Assembly: GCF_000027125.1 (NCBI RefSeq)
Contig: NC_017626.1
Reading direction: 5' to 3' (one strand)
DNA length: 64,000 bases
Source of the DNA: Escherichia coli 042
GTDB taxonomy: Bacteria; Pseudomonadota; Gammaproteobacteria; Enterobacterales; Enterobacteriaceae
Shown here: in pieces, positions 31,443 to 44,588 of the stretch
Layout of the letters: each line of letters starts with the position of its first letter
Numbering within the stretch: the first letter of the stretch is position 1
Notes under the pieces: generated by a model
The model's database searches: none
What the model saw: the letters and a program-made list of their open reading frames with translations, nothing else
What the model was told of the DNA's origin: nothing
Program-made: the position numbers and the translations under genes

Positions 31443-34118
31443 ATGTCGTCAACCCTACGAGAAGCCAGTAAGGACACGTTGCAGGCCAAAGATAAAACTT
31501 ACCACTACTACAGCCTGCCGCTTGCTGCCAAATCACTGGGCGATATCACCCGTCTGCCTAAGTCACTCAAAGTTTTGCTCGAAAACCTGCTGCGCTGGCA
31601 GGATGGTAACTCGGTTACCGAAGAGGATATCCACGCGCTGGTGGGATGGCTGAAAAATGCTCATGCTGTCCGTGAAATTGCCTACCGCCCGGCAAGGGTG
31701 TTGATGCAGGACTTTACCGGCGTACCTGCCGTTGTTGATCTGGCGGCAATGCGCGAAGCGGTTAAACGCCTCGGCGGCGATACTGCAAAGGTTAACCCGC
31801 TCTCACCGGTCGACCTGGTCATTGACCACTCGGTGACCGTCGATCGTTTTGGTGATGATGAGGCATTTGAAGAAAACGTGCGCCTGGAAATGGAGCGCAA
31901 CCACGAACGTTATGTGTTCCTGAAATGGGGAAAGCAGGCGTTCAGTCGTTTTAGCGTCGTGCCGCCAGGCACAGGCATTTGCCATCAGGTTAACCTCGAA
32001 TATCTCGGCAAAGCAGTGTGGAGCGAATTGCAGGACGGTGAATGGATTGCTTATCCGGATACACTCGTTGGTACTGACTCGCACACCACCATGATCAACG
32101 GCCTTGGCGTGCTGGGGTGGGGCGTTGGTGGGATCGAAGCCGAAGCCGCAATGTTAGGCCAGCCGGTTTCCATGCTTATCCCGGACGTAGTGGGCTTTAA
32201 ACTCACCGGAAAATTACGTGAAGGTATTACCGCCACAGACCTGGTTCTCACCGTTACCCAAATGCTGCGCAAACATGGCGTGGTGGGGAAATTCGTCGAA
32301 TTTTATGGTGATGGGCTGGATTCACTACCGCTGGCGGATCGCGCCACCATTGCCAATATGTCGCCAGAATATGGTGCCACCTGTGGCTTCTTCCCAATCG
32401 ATGCTGTCACCCTCGATTACATGCGTTTAAGCGGGCGCAGTGAAGATCAGGTTGAGTTGGTCGAAATATATGCCAAAGCGCAGGGCATGTGGCGTAACCC
32501 GGGCGATGAACCGATTTTTACCAGTACGTTAGAACTGGATATGAATGACGTTGAAGCGAGCCTGGCAGGGCCAAAACGCCCACAGGATCGCGTTGCACTG
32601 CCCGATGTACCAAAAGCATTTGCCGCCAGTAACGAACTGGAAGTGAATGCCACGCATAAAGATCGCCAGCCGGTCGATTATGTTATGAACGGACATCAGT
32701 ATCAGTTACCTGATGGCGCGGTGGTCATTGCTGCGATAACGTCGTGCACCAACACCTCTAACCCAAGTGTGCTGATGGCCGCAGGTTTGCTGGCGAAAAA
32801 AGCTGTAACTCTGGGCCTCAAGCGGCAACCGTGGGTCAAAGCGTCGCTGGCACCAGGCTCGAAAGTCGTTTCTGATTATCTGGCAAAAGCGAAACTGACA
32901 CCGTATCTCGATGAACTGGGATTTAACCTTGTGGGATACGGTTGTACCACCTGTATTGGTAACTCTGGTCCATTGCCCGATCCTATCGAAACGGCAATCA
33001 AAAAAGGCGATTTAACCGTCGGTGCGGTGCTGTCCGGCAACCGTAACTTTGAAGGCCGTATCCATCCGCTGGTTAAAACTAACTGGCTGGCCTCGCCGCC
33101 GCTGGTGGTTGCCTATGCGCTGGCGGGAAATATGAATATTAACCTCGCTTCTGAGCCTATTGGTCACGATCGTAAAGGCGACCCGGTATATCTGAAAGAT
33201 ATCTGGCCCTCGGCACAAGAAATTGCCCGTGCGGTAGAACAAGTCTCCACAGAAATGTTCCGCAAAGAGTACGCAGAAGTTTTTGAAGGCACAGCAGAGT
33301 GGAAGGAAATTAACGTCGCACGATCCGATACCTACGGTTGGCAGGAAGATTCAACCTATATTCGCTTATCGCCTTTCTTTGATGAAATGCAGGCAACACC
33401 AGCACCTGTGGAAGATATTCACGGTGCGCGGATCCTCGCAATGCTGGGGGATTCAGTCACCACTGACCATATCTCTCCGGCGGGCAGTATTAAGCCCGAC
33501 AGCCCGGCGGGTCGATATCTACAAGGTCGGGGTGTTGAGCGCAAAGACTTTAACTCCTACGGTTCGCGGCGTGGTAACCATGAAGTGATGATGCGCGGCA
33601 CCTTCGCCAATATTCGCATCCGTAATGAAATGGTGCCTGGCGTTGAAGGGGGGATGACGCGGCATTTACCTGACAGCGAGGTCATCTCTATTTATGATGC
33701 CGCGATGCGCTATAAGCAGGAGCAAACGCCGCTGGCGGTGATTGCCGGGAAAGAGTATGGATCAGGCTCCAGCCGTGACTGGGCGGCAAAAGGTCCGCGT
33801 CTGCTTGGTATTCGTGTTGTGATTGCCGAATCGTTTGAACGAATTCACCGCTCGAATTTAATTGGCATGGGCATCCTGCCGCTGGAATTTCCGCAAGGCG
33901 TGACGCGTAAAACGTTAGAGCTAACCGGGGAAGAGAAGATTGATATTGTCGATCTGCAAAATCTACAACCCGGCGCGACGGTTCCGGTGACGTTTACGCG
34001 CGCGGATGGTAGCCAGGAAGTCGTACCCTGCCGTTGTCGTATCGACACCGCGACGGAGTTGACCTACTACCAGAACGACGGCATTTTGCATTATGTCATT
34101 CGTAATATGTTGAAGTAA
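31443..34118 (+). CDS. acnA: Aconitate hydratase A
   Basis: 891 aa; [35 protein letters not shown]. Confidence 0.97.
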   Translation: MSSTLREASKDTLQAKDKTYHYYSLPLAAKSLGDITRLPKSLKVLLENLLRWQDGNSVTEEDIHALVGWLKNAHAVREIAYRPARVLMQDFTGVPAVVDLAAMREAVKRLGGDTAKVNPLSPVDLVIDHSVTVDRFGDDEAFEENVRLEMERNHERYVFLKWGKQAFSRFSVVPPGTGICHQVNLEYLGKAVWSELQDGEWIAYPDTLVGTDSHTTMINGLGVLGWGVGGIEAEAAMLGQPVSMLIPDVVGFKLTGKLREGITATDLVLTVTQMLRKHGVVGKFVEFYGDGLDSLPLADRATIANMSPEYGATCGFFPIDAVTLDYMRLSGRSEDQVELVEIYAKAQGMWRNPGDEPIFTSTLELDMNDVEASLAGPKRPQDRVALPDVPKAFAASNELEVNATHKDRQPVDYVMNGHQYQLPDGAVVIAAITSCTNTSNPSVLMAAGLLAKKAVTLGLKRQPWVKASLAPGSKVVSDYLAKAKLTPYLDELGFNLVGYGCTTCIGNSGPLPDPIETAIKKGDLTVGAVLSGNRNFEGRIHPLVKTNWLASPPLVVAYALAGNMNINLASEPIGHDRKGDPVYLKDIWPSAQEIARAVEQVSTEMFRKEYAEVFEGTAEWKEINVARSDTYGWQEDSTYIRLSPFFDEMQATPAPVEDIHGARILAMLGDSVTTDHISPAGSIKPDSPAGRYLQGRGVERKDFNSYGSRRGNHEVMMRGTFANIRIRNEMVPGVEGGMTRHLPDSEVISIYDAAMRYKQEQTPLAVIAGKEYGSGSSRDWAAKGPRLLGIRVVIAESFERIHRSNLIGMGILPLEFPQGVTRKTLELTGEEKIDIVDLQNLQPGATVPVTFTRADGSQEVVPCRCRIDTATELTYYQNDGILHYVIRNMLK

Positions 34119-34181
34119 CGAGTATTTGCTTGCCGGTTATTTTGCTTCCGGCAAGCAAATGAATTACACAATGCAAGAGGG

Positions 34182-34772
34182 TTATTTGTTCAGCAAATGA
34201 CCCATTTTCTCGGCTTTGGTATCGAGATAATGTTCGTTATTGGGGTTACGACCTACAATCAACGGTACGCGTTCAACAATATTAATCCCTGCTTCGGTCA
34301 GAATTTCGACTTTTTTCGGGTTGTTGGTTAACAAGCGGACTTCATTGACGCCAAGGAGTTTGAACATATCAGCGCAAAGAGTGAAGTCGCGCTCATCAGC
34401 GGCGAAGCCTAACTGGTGGTTAGCCTCTACAGTATCGTAACCTTGATCCTGCAGTGCATAAGCGCGGATTTTATTCAGCAGACCAATGTTACGACCTTCC
34501 TGACGGTGATACAGCAAAATACCACGGCCTTCTTCGGCAATTTGCGTCAGTGCCGCTTCGAGCTGGAAGCCACAATCGCAGCGCAAGCTGAACAGGGCGT
34601 CACCGGTCAGACATTCGGAATGGACGCGCGCAAGTACCGGGGTATGCCCGGAAATATCGCCATAGACTAGCGCGACATGATCGTGTCCGGTTGCCAGTTC
34701 TTCAAATCCCACCATCAGGAAATCGCCCCATGGGGTTGGCAGTTTGGCTTCTGCCACACGTTTAAGCTGCAT
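34182..34772 (-). CDS. ribA: GTP cyclohydrolase II
   Basis: 196 aa from [18 protein letters not shown]; zinc motif CxxGxxxxxxxCDCG. Confidence 0.96.
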
Positions 34773-34941
34773 GAAATTCTCCAGATAATGCTGGTTCTGT
34801 ATTGGCTTATTTTGCCATAACGAGAAGGGGTTCACCTAATCACGACGCGTCGATCGTTCACGGAATGGCACAAATCTGTCAATTTTTCCTGGAACTGGCA
34901 TTTTCAGTTATGATTGTGGGACTTATCAAAAAGGAGAGGCC

Positions 34942-35706
34942 ATGCGTTCGATTGCCAGACGTACCGCAGTGGGAGCTGCACTATTGCTTGTTATGCCAGT
35001 AGCCGTATGGATTTCTGGCTGGCGTTGGCAACCTGGAGAACAAAGTTGGCTACTAAAAGCGGCTTTTTGGGTTACTGAAACTGTCACCCAGCCCTGGGGC
35101 GTCATTACACATTTGATTTTATTCGGTTGGTTTCTCTGGTGTCTGCGTTTTCGCATTAAGGCTGCCATTATGTTATTTGCCATTCTGGCGGCGGCAATCC
35201 TTGTGGGACAAGGCGTTAAATCCTGGATCAAAGACAAAGTCCAGGAACCACGACCTTTTGTTATCTGGCTGGAAAAAACACATCATATTCCGGTTGATGA
35301 GTTCTACACTTTAAAGCGAGCAGAACGCGGAAATTTAGTGAAAGAACAGTTGGCTGAAGAGAATAATATCCCACAATATTTGCGTTCACACTGGCAGAAA
35401 GAGACGGGGTTTGCCTTTCCTTCCGGTCACACGATGTTTGCTGCCAGTTGGGCGCTGCTGGCCGTTGGTTTGCTGTGGCCGCGTCGGCGAACGTTAACTA
35501 TTGCTATCTTGCTGGTCTGGGCAACCGGAGTCATGGGAAGCCGCCTGCTGCTCGGGATGCATTGGCCACGCGATCTGGTGGTAGCTACGTTAATTTCGTG
35601 GGCGCTGGTGGCGGTGGCAACGTGGCTTGCGCAACGAGTTTGTGGGCCATTAACACCACCTGCGGAAGAAAATCGCGAAATTGCACAACGAGAACAAGAA
35701 AGTTAA
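34942..35706 (+). CDS. pgpB: Phosphatidylglycerophosphatase B (PAP2 family)
   Basis: 254 aa; multi-TM; PAP2 motifs PSGH and HWPRD. Confidence 0.95.
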   Translation: MRSIARRTAVGAALLLVMPVAVWISGWRWQPGEQSWLLKAAFWVTETVTQPWGVITHLILFGWFLWCLRFRIKAAIMLFAILAAAILVGQGVKSWIKDKVQEPRPFVIWLEKTHHIPVDEFYTLKRAERGNLVKEQLAEENNIPQYLRSHWQKETGFAFPSGHTMFAASWALLAVGLLWPRRRTLTIAILLVWATGVMGSRLLLGMHWPRDLVVATLISWALVAVATWLAQRVCGPLTPPAEENREIAQREQES

Positions 35707-35854
35707 CGCTGGTTGATTTTCCGAATTTAGCCCTTAAATCATCAACAATGCGCGTGGATGCCATTTCGCAGACGGCGCGAAAATGGTACTTTAAAGGGCT
35801 ATTGCGGTAAGTTGACCATAATTTATTCGCTCTAACCACATAACGGGAAGTAAT

Positions 35855-36163
35855 GTGAAATATTTACTCATTTTCTTACTGGTGTTAGCGATCTTCGTGA
35901 TTTCGGTCACGTTGGGTGCGCAGAACGATCAACAGGTGACGTTTAATTATCTGTTAGCGCAAGGGGAGTACCGTATTTCCACATTGCTGGCGGTATTGTT
36001 TGCTGCGGGGTTTGCTATCGGTTGGCTGATTTGCGGCCTGTTCTGGCTGCGAGTTCGTGTTTCCCTGGCGCGCGCTGAACGTAAAATAAAGCGACTGGAA
36101 AACCAGCTTTCACCCGCGACTGACGTGGCTGTAGCGCCGCATTCGTCAGCGGCGAAGGAATAA
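35855..36163 (+). CDS. lapA: LPS assembly protein LapA (YciS)
   Basis: 102 aa; two TM segments. Confidence 0.92.
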   Translation: MKYLLIFLLVLAIFVISVTLGAQNDQQVTFNYLLAQGEYRISTLLAVLFAAGFAIGWLICGLFWLRVRVSLARAERKIKRLENQLSPATDVAVAPHSSAAKE

Positions 36164-36169
36164 CTTTCT

Positions 36170-37339
36170 ATGCTGGAGTTGTTGTTTCTGCTTTTGCCTG
36201 TAGCCGCTGCTTATGGCTGGTATATGGGCCGCAGAAGTGCGCAACAAAACAAGCAAGATGAAGCCAACCGCTTGTCGCGTGATTACGTAGCGGGGGTTAA
36301 CTTCCTGCTTAGTAATCAACAGGATAAAGCGGTAGACCTGTTTCTCGATATGCTTAAAGAGGATACGGGTACCGTTGAAGCCCACCTTACGCTCGGAAAC
36401 CTGTTCCGTTCGCGTGGCGAAGTTGATCGCGCTATTCGCATCCATCAGACCCTAATGGAAAGCGCCTCGCTGACCTATGAACAGCGTCTGTTGGCGATTC
36501 AACAACTGGGGCGTGATTACATGGCCGCCGGGTTATACGACCGCGCGGAAGACATGTTCAATCAACTGACCGATGAAACTGACTTCCGCATTGGCGCGCT
36601 GCAACAGTTGCTACAAATCTACCAGGCTACCAGCGAGTGGCAGAAAGCAATTGATGTTGCCGAACGCCTGGTGAAGCTGGGTAAAGATAAGCAGCGCGTC
36701 GAAATTGCTCATTTCTACTGCGAGTTAGCCCTACAGCATATGGCCAGCGACGATCTCGATCGTGCCATGGCCTTGTTAAAAAAAGGTGCGGCGGCAGATA
36801 AAAACAGCGCCCGCGTATCCATCATGATGGGACGCGTATTTATGGCGAAAGGAGAATACGCCAAAGCCGTCGAAAGTTTGCAACGCGTGATATCCCAGGA
36901 CAGAGAACTGGTCAGCGAAACGCTGGAAATGCTGCAAACCTGCTACCAGCAGTTGGGTAAAACTGCCGAATGGGCAGAATTCCTGCAGCGCGCGGTGGAA
37001 GAGAACACCGGTGCCGATGCTGAACTAATGCTTGCGGACATCATCGAAGCGCGCGACGGTAGTGAGGCCGCACAGGTCTATATTACGCGTCAGCTTCAGC
37101 GTCATCCGACCATGCGTGTGTTCCATAAGCTAATGGATTACCACTTAAATGAAGCGGAAGAAGGGCGTGCCAAAGAGAGTCTGATGGTGCTGCGGGACAT
37201 GGTTGGCGAGAAGGTGCGTAGTAAGCCTCGTTATCGCTGCCAGAAATGTGGTTTTACCGCATATACCCTCTACTGGCATTGTCCGTCTTGTCGGGCCTGG
37301 TCAACCATTAAACCGATTCGCGGTCTTGATGGCCTGTAA
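36170..37339 (+). CDS. lapB: LPS assembly protein LapB (YciM), TPR protein with rubredoxin-like C-terminus
   Basis: 389 aa; C-terminal CQKCGFTAYTLYWHCPSCRAW. Confidence 0.95.
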   Translation: MLELLFLLLPVAAAYGWYMGRRSAQQNKQDEANRLSRDYVAGVNFLLSNQQDKAVDLFLDMLKEDTGTVEAHLTLGNLFRSRGEVDRAIRIHQTLMESASLTYEQRLLAIQQLGRDYMAAGLYDRAEDMFNQLTDETDFRIGALQQLLQIYQATSEWQKAIDVAERLVKLGKDKQRVEIAHFYCELALQHMASDDLDRAMALLKKGAAADKNSARVSIMMGRVFMAKGEYAKAVESLQRVISQDRELVSETLEMLQTCYQQLGKTAEWAEFLQRAVEENTGADAELMLADIIEARDGSEAAQVYITRQLQRHPTMRVFHKLMDYHLNEAEEGRAKESLMVLRDMVGEKVRSKPRYRCQKCGFTAYTLYWHCPSCRAWSTIKPIRGLDGL

Positions 37340-37530
37340 TTTTTAAAAAAATCCGACTTTAGTTACAACATACTAATTATTGATGTTCCATTGTGCTCCG
37401 GTAACTCGGGCGCAGAAAAGCCTGCCAGGGGAGAAATCGCAACTGTTAATTTTTTATTTCCACGGGTAGAATGCTCGCCGTTTACCTGTTTCGCGCCACT
37501 TCCGGTGCCCATCATCAAGAAGGTCTGGTC

Positions 37531-38268
37531 ATGACGTTAACTGCTTCATCTTCTTCCCGCGCTGTTACGAATTCTCCTGTGGTTGTTGCCCTTGATTATC
37601 ATAATCGTGATGCCGCGCTGGCCTTTGTCGACAAGATCGACCCACGCGATTGTCGTCTGAAAGTCGGCAAAGAGATGTTTACGCTGTTTGGACCTCAATT
37701 TGTACGCGAACTTCAACAGCGTGGTTTTGATATCTTCCTCGACCTGAAATTTCACGATATTCCCAACACTGCAGCGCACGCTGTCGCTGCTGCAGCTGAC
37801 TTAGGCGTGTGGATGGTGAATGTTCACGCCTCCGGTGGGGCGCGTATGATGACCGCAGCGCGTGAGGCACTGGTTCCGTTTGGCAAAGATGCACCGCTTT
37901 TGATTGCTGTGACAGTATTGACCAGCATGGAAGCCAGCGACCTGGCCGATCTTGGCGTGACACTGTCACCTGCAGATTATGCAGAACGTCTGGCAGCACT
38001 GACGCAAAAATGTGGCCTTGATGGTGTGGTGTGTTCTGCTCAGGAAGCTGTGCGCTTTAAACAGGTATTTGGTCAGGAGTTCAAACTGGTTACACCGGGC
38101 ATTCGTCCGCAGGGGAGTGAAGCTGGTGACCAGCGCCGCATTATGACGCCAGAACAGGCGTTGGCGGCTGGTGTTGATTATATGGTGATTGGTCGCCCGG
38201 TAACGCAATCGGTAGATCCAGCGCAGACGCTGAAAGCGATCAACGCCTCTTTACAGCGGAGTGCATGA
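37531..38268 (+). CDS. pyrF: Orotidine-5-phosphate decarboxylase
   Basis: 245 aa from [25 protein letters not shown] (ORF track start 37471 is upstream in frame). Confidence 0.96.
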   Translation: MTLTASSSSRAVTNSPVVVALDYHNRDAALAFVDKIDPRDCRLKVGKEMFTLFGPQFVRELQQRGFDIFLDLKFHDIPNTAAHAVAAAADLGVWMVNVHASGGARMMTAAREALVPFGKDAPLLIAVTVLTSMEASDLADLGVTLSPADYAERLAALTQKCGLDGVVCSAQEAVRFKQVFGQEFKLVTPGIRPQGSEAGDQRRIMTPEQALAAGVDYMVIGRPVTQSVDPAQTLKAINASLQRSA

Positions 38269-38594
38269 TGAGTGATTCCAACAGCCGTCTGGTCTACTCA
38301 ACGGAAACCGGACGTATTGATGAGCCAAAAGCGGCCCCTGTACGCCCTAAAGGCGACGGTGTGGTGCGTATTCAGCGTCAGACCAGTGGACGTAAAGGTA
38401 AGGGCGTTTGCTTGATTACCGGTGTCGATCTCGATGATGCCGAACTGACAAAACTGGCAGCGGAACTGAAGAAAAAATGCGGCTGCGGCGGAGCAGTTAA
38501 AGATGGAGTTATTGAAATCCAGGGCGATAAGCGTGATTTATTAAAATCACTGCTTGAAGCGAAAGGGATGAAGGTAAAACTCGCAGGCGGTTAA
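38265..38594 (+). CDS. yciH: YciH, SUI1/eIF1-family translation factor
   Basis: 108-109 aa; start is ATG at 38265 or 38268, overlapping pyrF stop. Confidence 0.93.
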   Translation: MMSDSNSRLVYSTETGRIDEPKAAPVRPKGDGVVRIQRQTSGRKGKGVCLITGVDLDDAELTKLAAELKKKCGCGGAVKDGVIEIQGDKRDLLKSLLEAKGMKVKLAGG

Positions 38595-38719
38595 CATAAA
38601 AAGCCACGGATATATCCGTGGCTTTCGAATATTTTACTGTGTGTATTATTCAGTTATTTCGTACTGAACAGAATCAAGCGTATTATAATTGCGAGTCGAT
38701 AATCGACATTTATTTACGA

Positions 38720-38938
38720 TTATTTACCGACCTGGTGACCAATAACACCACCGACAGCTGCGCCACCTAATGTACCCAGCGTACTGCCATCGGTCAGTAC
38801 TGCACCGCCTAATGCACCTGCACCCGCGCCAATTGCGGTGTTACGGTCTCGTTTAGACCAGTTAGAACAGGCACTCAGAGACATTGCCAGGGTAATTGCC
38901 AGAACAGCTGCGGTCATTTTTTTGCTCGTTACAAACAT
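38720..38938 (-). CDS. osmB: Osmotically inducible lipoprotein B
   Basis: 72 aa; lipobox LSAC; Gly-rich mature region. Confidence 0.95.
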   Translation of the reverse strand: MFVTSKKMTAAVLAITLAMSLSACSNWSKRDRNTAIGAGAGALGGAVLTDGSTLGTLGGAAVGGVIGHQVGK

Positions 38939-39206
38939 AATACTCTCTCCTGAATTTATGATTCACGGAAGTAAGCTCTCTATAACTATAATAGCTAAGA
39001 ATAAGCCGGGTGAAATTATTCCGTGAAATCCGCTCGCGCGCAGGGTTATATCACGCAGGTGATAATGACTTCCTGTTATATCGCTGATAATAATTTTATA
39101 TCTTGAGAGTGTTAATAACAGGTAAATAGTCTTAATTATCAACCAGGAATCATCTTAGAGCGGATGATTTGCCAAAGTGCAAATCATCCATAGAGAAGGG
39201 AAATGG

Positions 39207-39956
39207 TTAAATGTCAACGACGTGAACGGTGAGTTTACTGTGCTCAAGATGCATCAGATCGCTGGCGCGTATTTTCGAATCGGTAATCACGCGATTGAAT
39301 CGCTCAACGGGGCCGATGGAGTATGAATGTACAGCACCAAATTTCGAGCTGTCAGTCAGGACTATCGCTTCGCACTCTTTTTCCAGCACGGCATTGACCA
39401 CATCGGTACGCATCATATCGCGACCGGTAAACCCAGTTTCAGGTTGCCAGCCATCAATACCAATAAATGCTTTGCTGAAATGCACCTGTTGGATGCACTG
39501 GCGTGTCAAAGGGCCAACCATACTTTCGCTTTTTTTCTGGTACACGCCACCGAGCAAAATAACTTCACAAGGCGCGTCTTTCAGCAAATGCGCGATGTAG
39601 CTGCTGACCGTGATGATAGTGACATTTTTCTTCTGCTCGCCCAGAGTCCGGGCGAGCAGGGCATTGCTGCTGCCATTTTCGATAAAGATGGTTTCGCCCG
39701 GTTGAACCAGTGACGCGGCAAACTCGGCGAGTTCACGCTTCAGCGTATAGTTGCTCATCATACGAGTTTCGACGTCATCACTATCAAGCGATACTGCAAA
39801 GCCATGTGCACGGCGGAGGTAACTCAGTTTTTCGAGGGTGTTGAGATCCTGGCGAATGGTAACTTCAGAAACTCCAGTGGCTTTTGCCAGATCGGTTACG
39901 CTAACCTGACCCTGGTCAATGACCATCTGTAGAATAGTTTGTTGTCGGGAATTCAT
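39207..39956 (-). CDS. yciT: DeoR-family transcriptional regulator YciT
   Basis: 249 aa; N-terminal HTH, DeoR C-domain. Confidence 0.92.
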   Translation of the reverse strand: MNSRQQTILQMVIDQGQVSVTDLAKATGVSEVTIRQDLNTLEKLSYLRRAHGFAVSLDSDDVETRMMSNYTLKRELAEFAASLVQPGETIFIENGSSNALLARTLGEQKKNVTIITVSSYIAHLLKDAPCEVILLGGVYQKKSESMVGPLTRQCIQQVHFSKAFIGIDGWQPETGFTGRDMMRTDVVNAVLEKECEAIVLTDSSKFGAVHSYSIGPVERFNRVITDSKIRASDLMHLEHSKLTVHVVDI

Positions 39957-40045
39957 CGCTGTAATTCTTATAACGTTATAATACTAAATAAAAAAATACT
40001 GACGCGCCGGGCATCCTCAAATAGGAAAACCTGAAGGCACGATTG

Positions 40046-40219
40046 TTAAATCTCCCACGGTGCCTTCGGGATGTCTGGCGTAGATTCAGCAACCTGGCGC
40101 AAGAGTTCTGCTTTAAGTATCTCGAGATTATGGATCGCAGAGTGGTAATCGCCTGCCACAAGGATATCTAACACAATATCAATACGTTCGGCAACGCGCT
40201 GGGCATCAAATTCAGACAT
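40046..40219 (-). CDS. yciZ: YciZ small protein (57 aa)
   Basis: [20 protein letters not shown]..; ORF track frame 60 aa. Confidence 0.85.
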
Positions 40220-40366
40220 CAAGGACATCCTTATAGCAAAAGGGGGAAAATGAATAATGCAAAAATTGCCGCTAAAAGAGAAGTGTTTAACAGCAACGGC
40301 TAATTATCATCCGGGAATACGATATATAATTACGGAATATATCGCTAAGTATATATATTCATCTAC

Positions 40367-42352
40367 TTATGCGCGCTTCAGATAGCGTTTATACCAACGT
40401 TCGAAGGCGACGGCGGGCATCGGTTTGGCAAACAAAAATCCTTGCCGCTCATTGATCCCGTTCTTGGTTAAAAAAGCATCTTCCTTTTTACTCTCCACTC
40501 CTTCAGCGATCACCTGAAGATTCAATGCCTGGGCCACAGCGACGATCGCCCGGACCAGCGACTGCGATACAGGTTGTTTGTGAATATCTCGAACAAAAAC
40601 CTGGTCAAGTTTAATCGCATCGATCGGAAAGCGCGCCAGTTGCGAAAGTGAAGAGTAGCCGGTACCAAAATCGTCCAGATGCACTTGCGCACCTAGTTGG
40701 CTAAATTGTTGAATAACAGAAAGTGCCAGTTCATCATTCTCAATCAGGCAGCTCTCCGTCAGTTCAACATCAATAGGGCAGTATTCAAAATTGAGTTCCT
40801 GGAGAACCTGTTTCAGGGCGGTGAAAATGGTTTGATCGGCGAGCTGACGTGCAGAAATGTTTACCGCCACTCGCAGGTTAATACCTTTATCCCGCCACTT
40901 TGCCACCTGGCGTACGACATCGAGAATCACCCAACGGCCTAAAGGCACAATTAGCCCTGACTCTTCGGCGTAGGAAATGAAGTCCAACGGTGGAATCAAC
41001 CCACGTTCAGGTGACTGCCAACGTACTAGTGCTTCCAGACTGCGCACTTCGCCACGCCAGGTGATTTTCGGTTGATAGTGAATAACCAACTGATCGTTTT
41101 CCAGTGCTTTACGCAAGTTGGTATCCAGCCAGAGATATTCAAATACCCGCTGATTCATTTCTGGAGTAAAAACGCAAAATTGTCCTCGTCCGCCTTCCTT
41201 CGCTGTGTACATTGCTGTGTCGGCGTGACGAATAATAGCCGCGCTGTCCGAACCATGTTCGGGAGAGAGTGAAATACCCACTGAACAGCTGGTATAAACT
41301 TCAATTAAACCAATGCGGAAGGGGAGTCGTAAGCGGGTCAAAATTCGTGATGCCATTGCTTCCAGCGCGCTTTGTGAGGTATTGGATGCCAGTACCAGAA
41401 ACTCATCGCCACCTGGACGCGCCAACACCTGATCATGTTCGAGACAGCTTAAAATGGCCAATGACACGTCGCGTAATAGCTGGTCACCAAACAAATGCCC
41501 ATAGGCGTCGTTGACCTTTTTAAAATTATCCAAATCAAGATACACAACCCCAACTTTATTGTTATCTGCCTGATTAATAGCGTGATCGATTAACTCCTGC
41601 ATTGCGTTACGATTCGGCAGTCCGGTGATACTGTCGGTATTTGCCAGAATGCGCAGTCGCTCCTGAGCGCGGCGCTCTTCGGTAATGTCGGTGCCGGAAC
41701 AGATTAAAAAAATCTCGTTTTTGCCACTGCCGCTGTGGACAAATTTATTGCGAAACAGAAACAGCCGCTGGCCTTTACGTGTTGGTATCCACAGTTCGAC
41801 TTCATATGCATTGCCGCTTCGAAAAAATACACGGTTATTGCGCCTGGATGCCGCAGCTTCACGACGGCTCATAAACAGTTTAAACACGCTTTGCCCAATG
41901 ACGTCGTGTTCTTTCAACCCTGTGTAATCTTCACATAACCGATTGAAGCGCTGGATATTCCCCCGACTGTCGAGAATCACTATTGCGGAATGTGCTTCAG
42001 AAACTACCTGCTCAGCAAAGGAAAGCCCGTGTGATAAATCACGAGCAACCGCCGGTGTGTCATGCCATGCCGACGCGTTGCCAGCCCATTCCCGTTTATT
42101 GATTTTTCGTCCTACCAGATGCACAGAAAGATCGCTTTCATCGACGGTCAGACTCATCATCAGACTGGAAGTGATGACTGTCATTTCCCTGATGCGAGCA
42201 GCCTGTTCGGCAGATAACTGCAACGTACGTTCAGGTTCTGTGGTTTCGGTGGTAGAAAAGCGCAAAACATCGCTGCTTTCCGTTAACCGCCAGTATGGAT
42301 TGTGCGATCCGAGAAAGTTGTACAACGTTGTGGACTCCCTAACGGTTTTCAT
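40367..42352 (-). CDS. pdeR: c-di-GMP phosphodiesterase PdeR (Gmr/YciR), PAS-GGDEF-EAL
   Basis: 661 aa; EAL motif and degenerate GGDEF region visible in translation. Confidence 0.94.
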   Translation of the reverse strand: MKTVRESTTLYNFLGSHNPYWRLTESSDVLRFSTTETTEPERTLQLSAEQAARIREMTVITSSLMMSLTVDESDLSVHLVGRKINKREWAGNASAWHDTPAVARDLSHGLSFAEQVVSEAHSAIVILDSRGNIQRFNRLCEDYTGLKEHDVIGQSVFKLFMSRREAAASRRNNRVFFRSGNAYEVELWIPTRKGQRLFLFRNKFVHSGSGKNEIFLICSGTDITEERRAQERLRILANTDSITGLPNRNAMQELIDHAINQADNNKVGVVYLDLDNFKKVNDAYGHLFGDQLLRDVSLAILSCLEHDQVLARPGGDEFLVLASNTSQSALEAMASRILTRLRLPFRIGLIEVYTSCSVGISLSPEHGSDSAAIIRHADTAMYTAKEGGRGQFCVFTPEMNQRVFEYLWLDTNLRKALENDQLVIHYQPKITWRGEVRSLEALVRWQSPERGLIPPLDFISYAEESGLIVPLGRWVILDVVRQVAKWRDKGINLRVAVNISARQLADQTIFTALKQVLQELNFEYCPIDVELTESCLIENDELALSVIQQFSQLGAQVHLDDFGTGYSSLSQLARFPIDAIKLDQVFVRDIHKQPVSQSLVRAIVAVAQALNLQVIAEGVESKKEDAFLTKNGINERQGFLFAKPMPAVAFERWYKRYLKRA

Positions 42353-42586
42353 GATGCATATCCTCCGGTTAACAGCGGAGTCCGCGGTTAAATAAAAGGA
42401 ACAACATGACTTACATGAAATTAACGGCGGCTAAACGCATTGTTTTTTTTATATATTTATTTGTAATCCAGTTTTGGAAAAACGCCAGTTTTCAAACGAA
42501 AGTCAGTTAAAAATCTGCCGGGATATGACGAAGGTGGAGCGGGGAAATAAACGGCCCATTCATGAGGAATGGGCCGTGAAAGGAGA

Positions 42587-44521
42587 TTACGCGACCGGGC
42601 GCGCAATAATGCTGCGGGTTTCCATGCGGACTTCGGCAATGGTGACGTCAATAACGTCAGTCACTTTGTAAGCCGTTTCACCTTTAATTTGTACAGTGCC
42701 GTTTTCCTGGCTGCAAACCAGTTCATCGCGCACAGCGTGTAAGAAAGGTGCCGGAATAAAGGCGATAGCGCCGTTATCAACCAAACGCACACGCATGCCG
42801 CCACGGCTGATATCGACAATTTCCGCCGCGAAACGGGTGTCGGTCCCGGCTTTGTCTTTCAGGAAGCGTGCGTATAACCAGTCGCCAACATCACGTTCTG
42901 CCATTCGGTTGAGACGGCGACGCTCGGCCATTTGGACAGTGATTTCATCCTGCGGACGCGTCGCAGTTTCGCCTTTGATAACCGCTTTCAGCAGACGGTG
43001 GTTGATCATGTCGCCATATTTACGGATCGGCGAAGTCCAGGTGGCGTATGCCTCCAGACCGAGGCCAAAGTGAGGACCGGGTTCAGTGCTAATTTCAGCA
43101 AATGACTGGAAGCGACGAATGCGGCTGTCGAGGAAACCAGTTGGTTGCGCATCCAGTTCACGACGCAGTTTGCAGAAACCGTCCAGCGTGAGCACTTCTT
43201 CGGCATCGACATGCAGACCGTGGGTTTTCAGCAACGCTGCCAGCGCGTCGGCATTCGCCGGATCAAAGCCCATATGCACGTTATAGATGCCAAAACCGAG
43301 CTTATCGCGCAGTACGCGGGCCGCACAAATGTTAGCGGCAATCATCGCTTCTTCGACGATACGGTTGGCAATGCGACGAGGCTCGGCGACGATATCCAGC
43401 ACTTCACCTTTTTCACCGAGAATAAAGCGGTAATCCGGGCGATCTTTAAATACTAGTGCGTGGTTATGACGCCACTCGCCACGGCGTTGGCAAATTTGCG
43501 CTAACAAACGGACTTGTTCGGCAATTGCTTCACTTTCAGGCTGCCAGTCACCGGTATTTTCCAGCCAGTCAGAAACCTGGTCATACACCAGCTTCGCTTT
43601 GGATTCGATGGTGGCGGCAAAGAATTCGATATTATCTTCAATGGTACCATCAGCGGAGAGCGTCATGCGGCATGCCAGTACCGGGCGGACTTCATTGGCG
43701 CGCAGTGAGCAGAGATCGTCAGAAAGCTCGCGAGGAAGCATAGGGATGTTGAAGCCAGGCAGATAGTTGGTGAATGCGCGAATTTTCGCGGCTTTGTCCA
43801 GCTTGCTGCCTTCAGCAATCCACGCGGTTGGATCGGCAATCGCCACAATCAGCTGAAGTTTGTCATCCGGCAACGCCTTAGCGAAAAGGGCGTCATCCAT
43901 ATCTTCTGTGCTGGCACTGTCGATGGTGACAAAATCCAGCGCGGTCAGATCTTCACGAACCAGACCTTCATCGAGCATTTCGGTAGCGACGCCGTCTGGT
44001 GCTTCTTTTTCCAGATTATGGCGCGCAAGGGTAACCCACCACGGTACAAAGTGATCGTCACCAAAAGTGATGTATTGTGTCAGTTCAGCATAGAAAGAAC
44101 GATCGCCTTTCAGCGGATGACGGCGCATTTCGGCAACCGCCCAGTCGCCTTCTTTAAACTCGTGGTTCAGGCCACGGGCTGCGCGGCAAGGAATGGCGTC
44201 TTTTAAGAGTGGATGATCAGGAACGATGGCCAGACGGTCATTTTTGCCCTGAACTTTACCCACGAAACGAGTCAGAAACGGTTCAACCAGTTCTTCTGGC
44301 TCTGCGGATTCACGTTCTTTTTCACTGTGGATAACCGCGATAATTCGGTCGCCATGCATGACTTTTTTCATCTGCGGCGGCGGAATGAAATAACTTTTTT
44401 GCGCGTCGACTTCCAGGAAGCCAAAGCCTTTTTCTGTGGCTTTTACCACCCCTTCAGCGCGTGGCGTCTGGGAATGCAGTTGCTGTTTAAGCTGCGCTAG
44501 CAGCGGGTTGTCCTGAAACAT
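42587..44521 (-). CDS. rnb: Exoribonuclease II
   Basis: 644 aa; [39 protein letters not shown]. Confidence 0.97.
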   Translation of the reverse strand: MFQDNPLLAQLKQQLHSQTPRAEGVVKATEKGFGFLEVDAQKSYFIPPPQMKKVMHGDRIIAVIHSEKERESAEPEELVEPFLTRFVGKVQGKNDRLAIVPDHPLLKDAIPCRAARGLNHEFKEGDWAVAEMRRHPLKGDRSFYAELTQYITFGDDHFVPWWVTLARHNLEKEAPDGVATEMLDEGLVREDLTALDFVTIDSASTEDMDDALFAKALPDDKLQLIVAIADPTAWIAEGSKLDKAAKIRAFTNYLPGFNIPMLPRELSDDLCSLRANEVRPVLACRMTLSADGTIEDNIEFFAATIESKAKLVYDQVSDWLENTGDWQPESEAIAEQVRLLAQICQRRGEWRHNHALVFKDRPDYRFILGEKGEVLDIVAEPRRIANRIVEEAMIAANICAARVLRDKLGFGIYNVHMGFDPANADALAALLKTHGLHVDAEEVLTLDGFCKLRRELDAQPTGFLDSRIRRFQSFAEISTEPGPHFGLGLEAYATWTSPIRKYGDMINHRLLKAVIKGETATRPQDEITVQMAERRRLNRMAERDVGDWLYARFLKDKAGTDTRFAAEIVDISRGGMRVRLVDNGAIAFIPAPFLHAVRDELVCSQENGTVQIKGETAYKVTDVIDVTIAEVRMETRSIIARPVA

Positions 44522-44588
44522 AATTGTCTATTTTGGTGGCCATTAGAGCGGCTGACAGTTTTACGCGAATCTGTCTGACGCGGCAAGG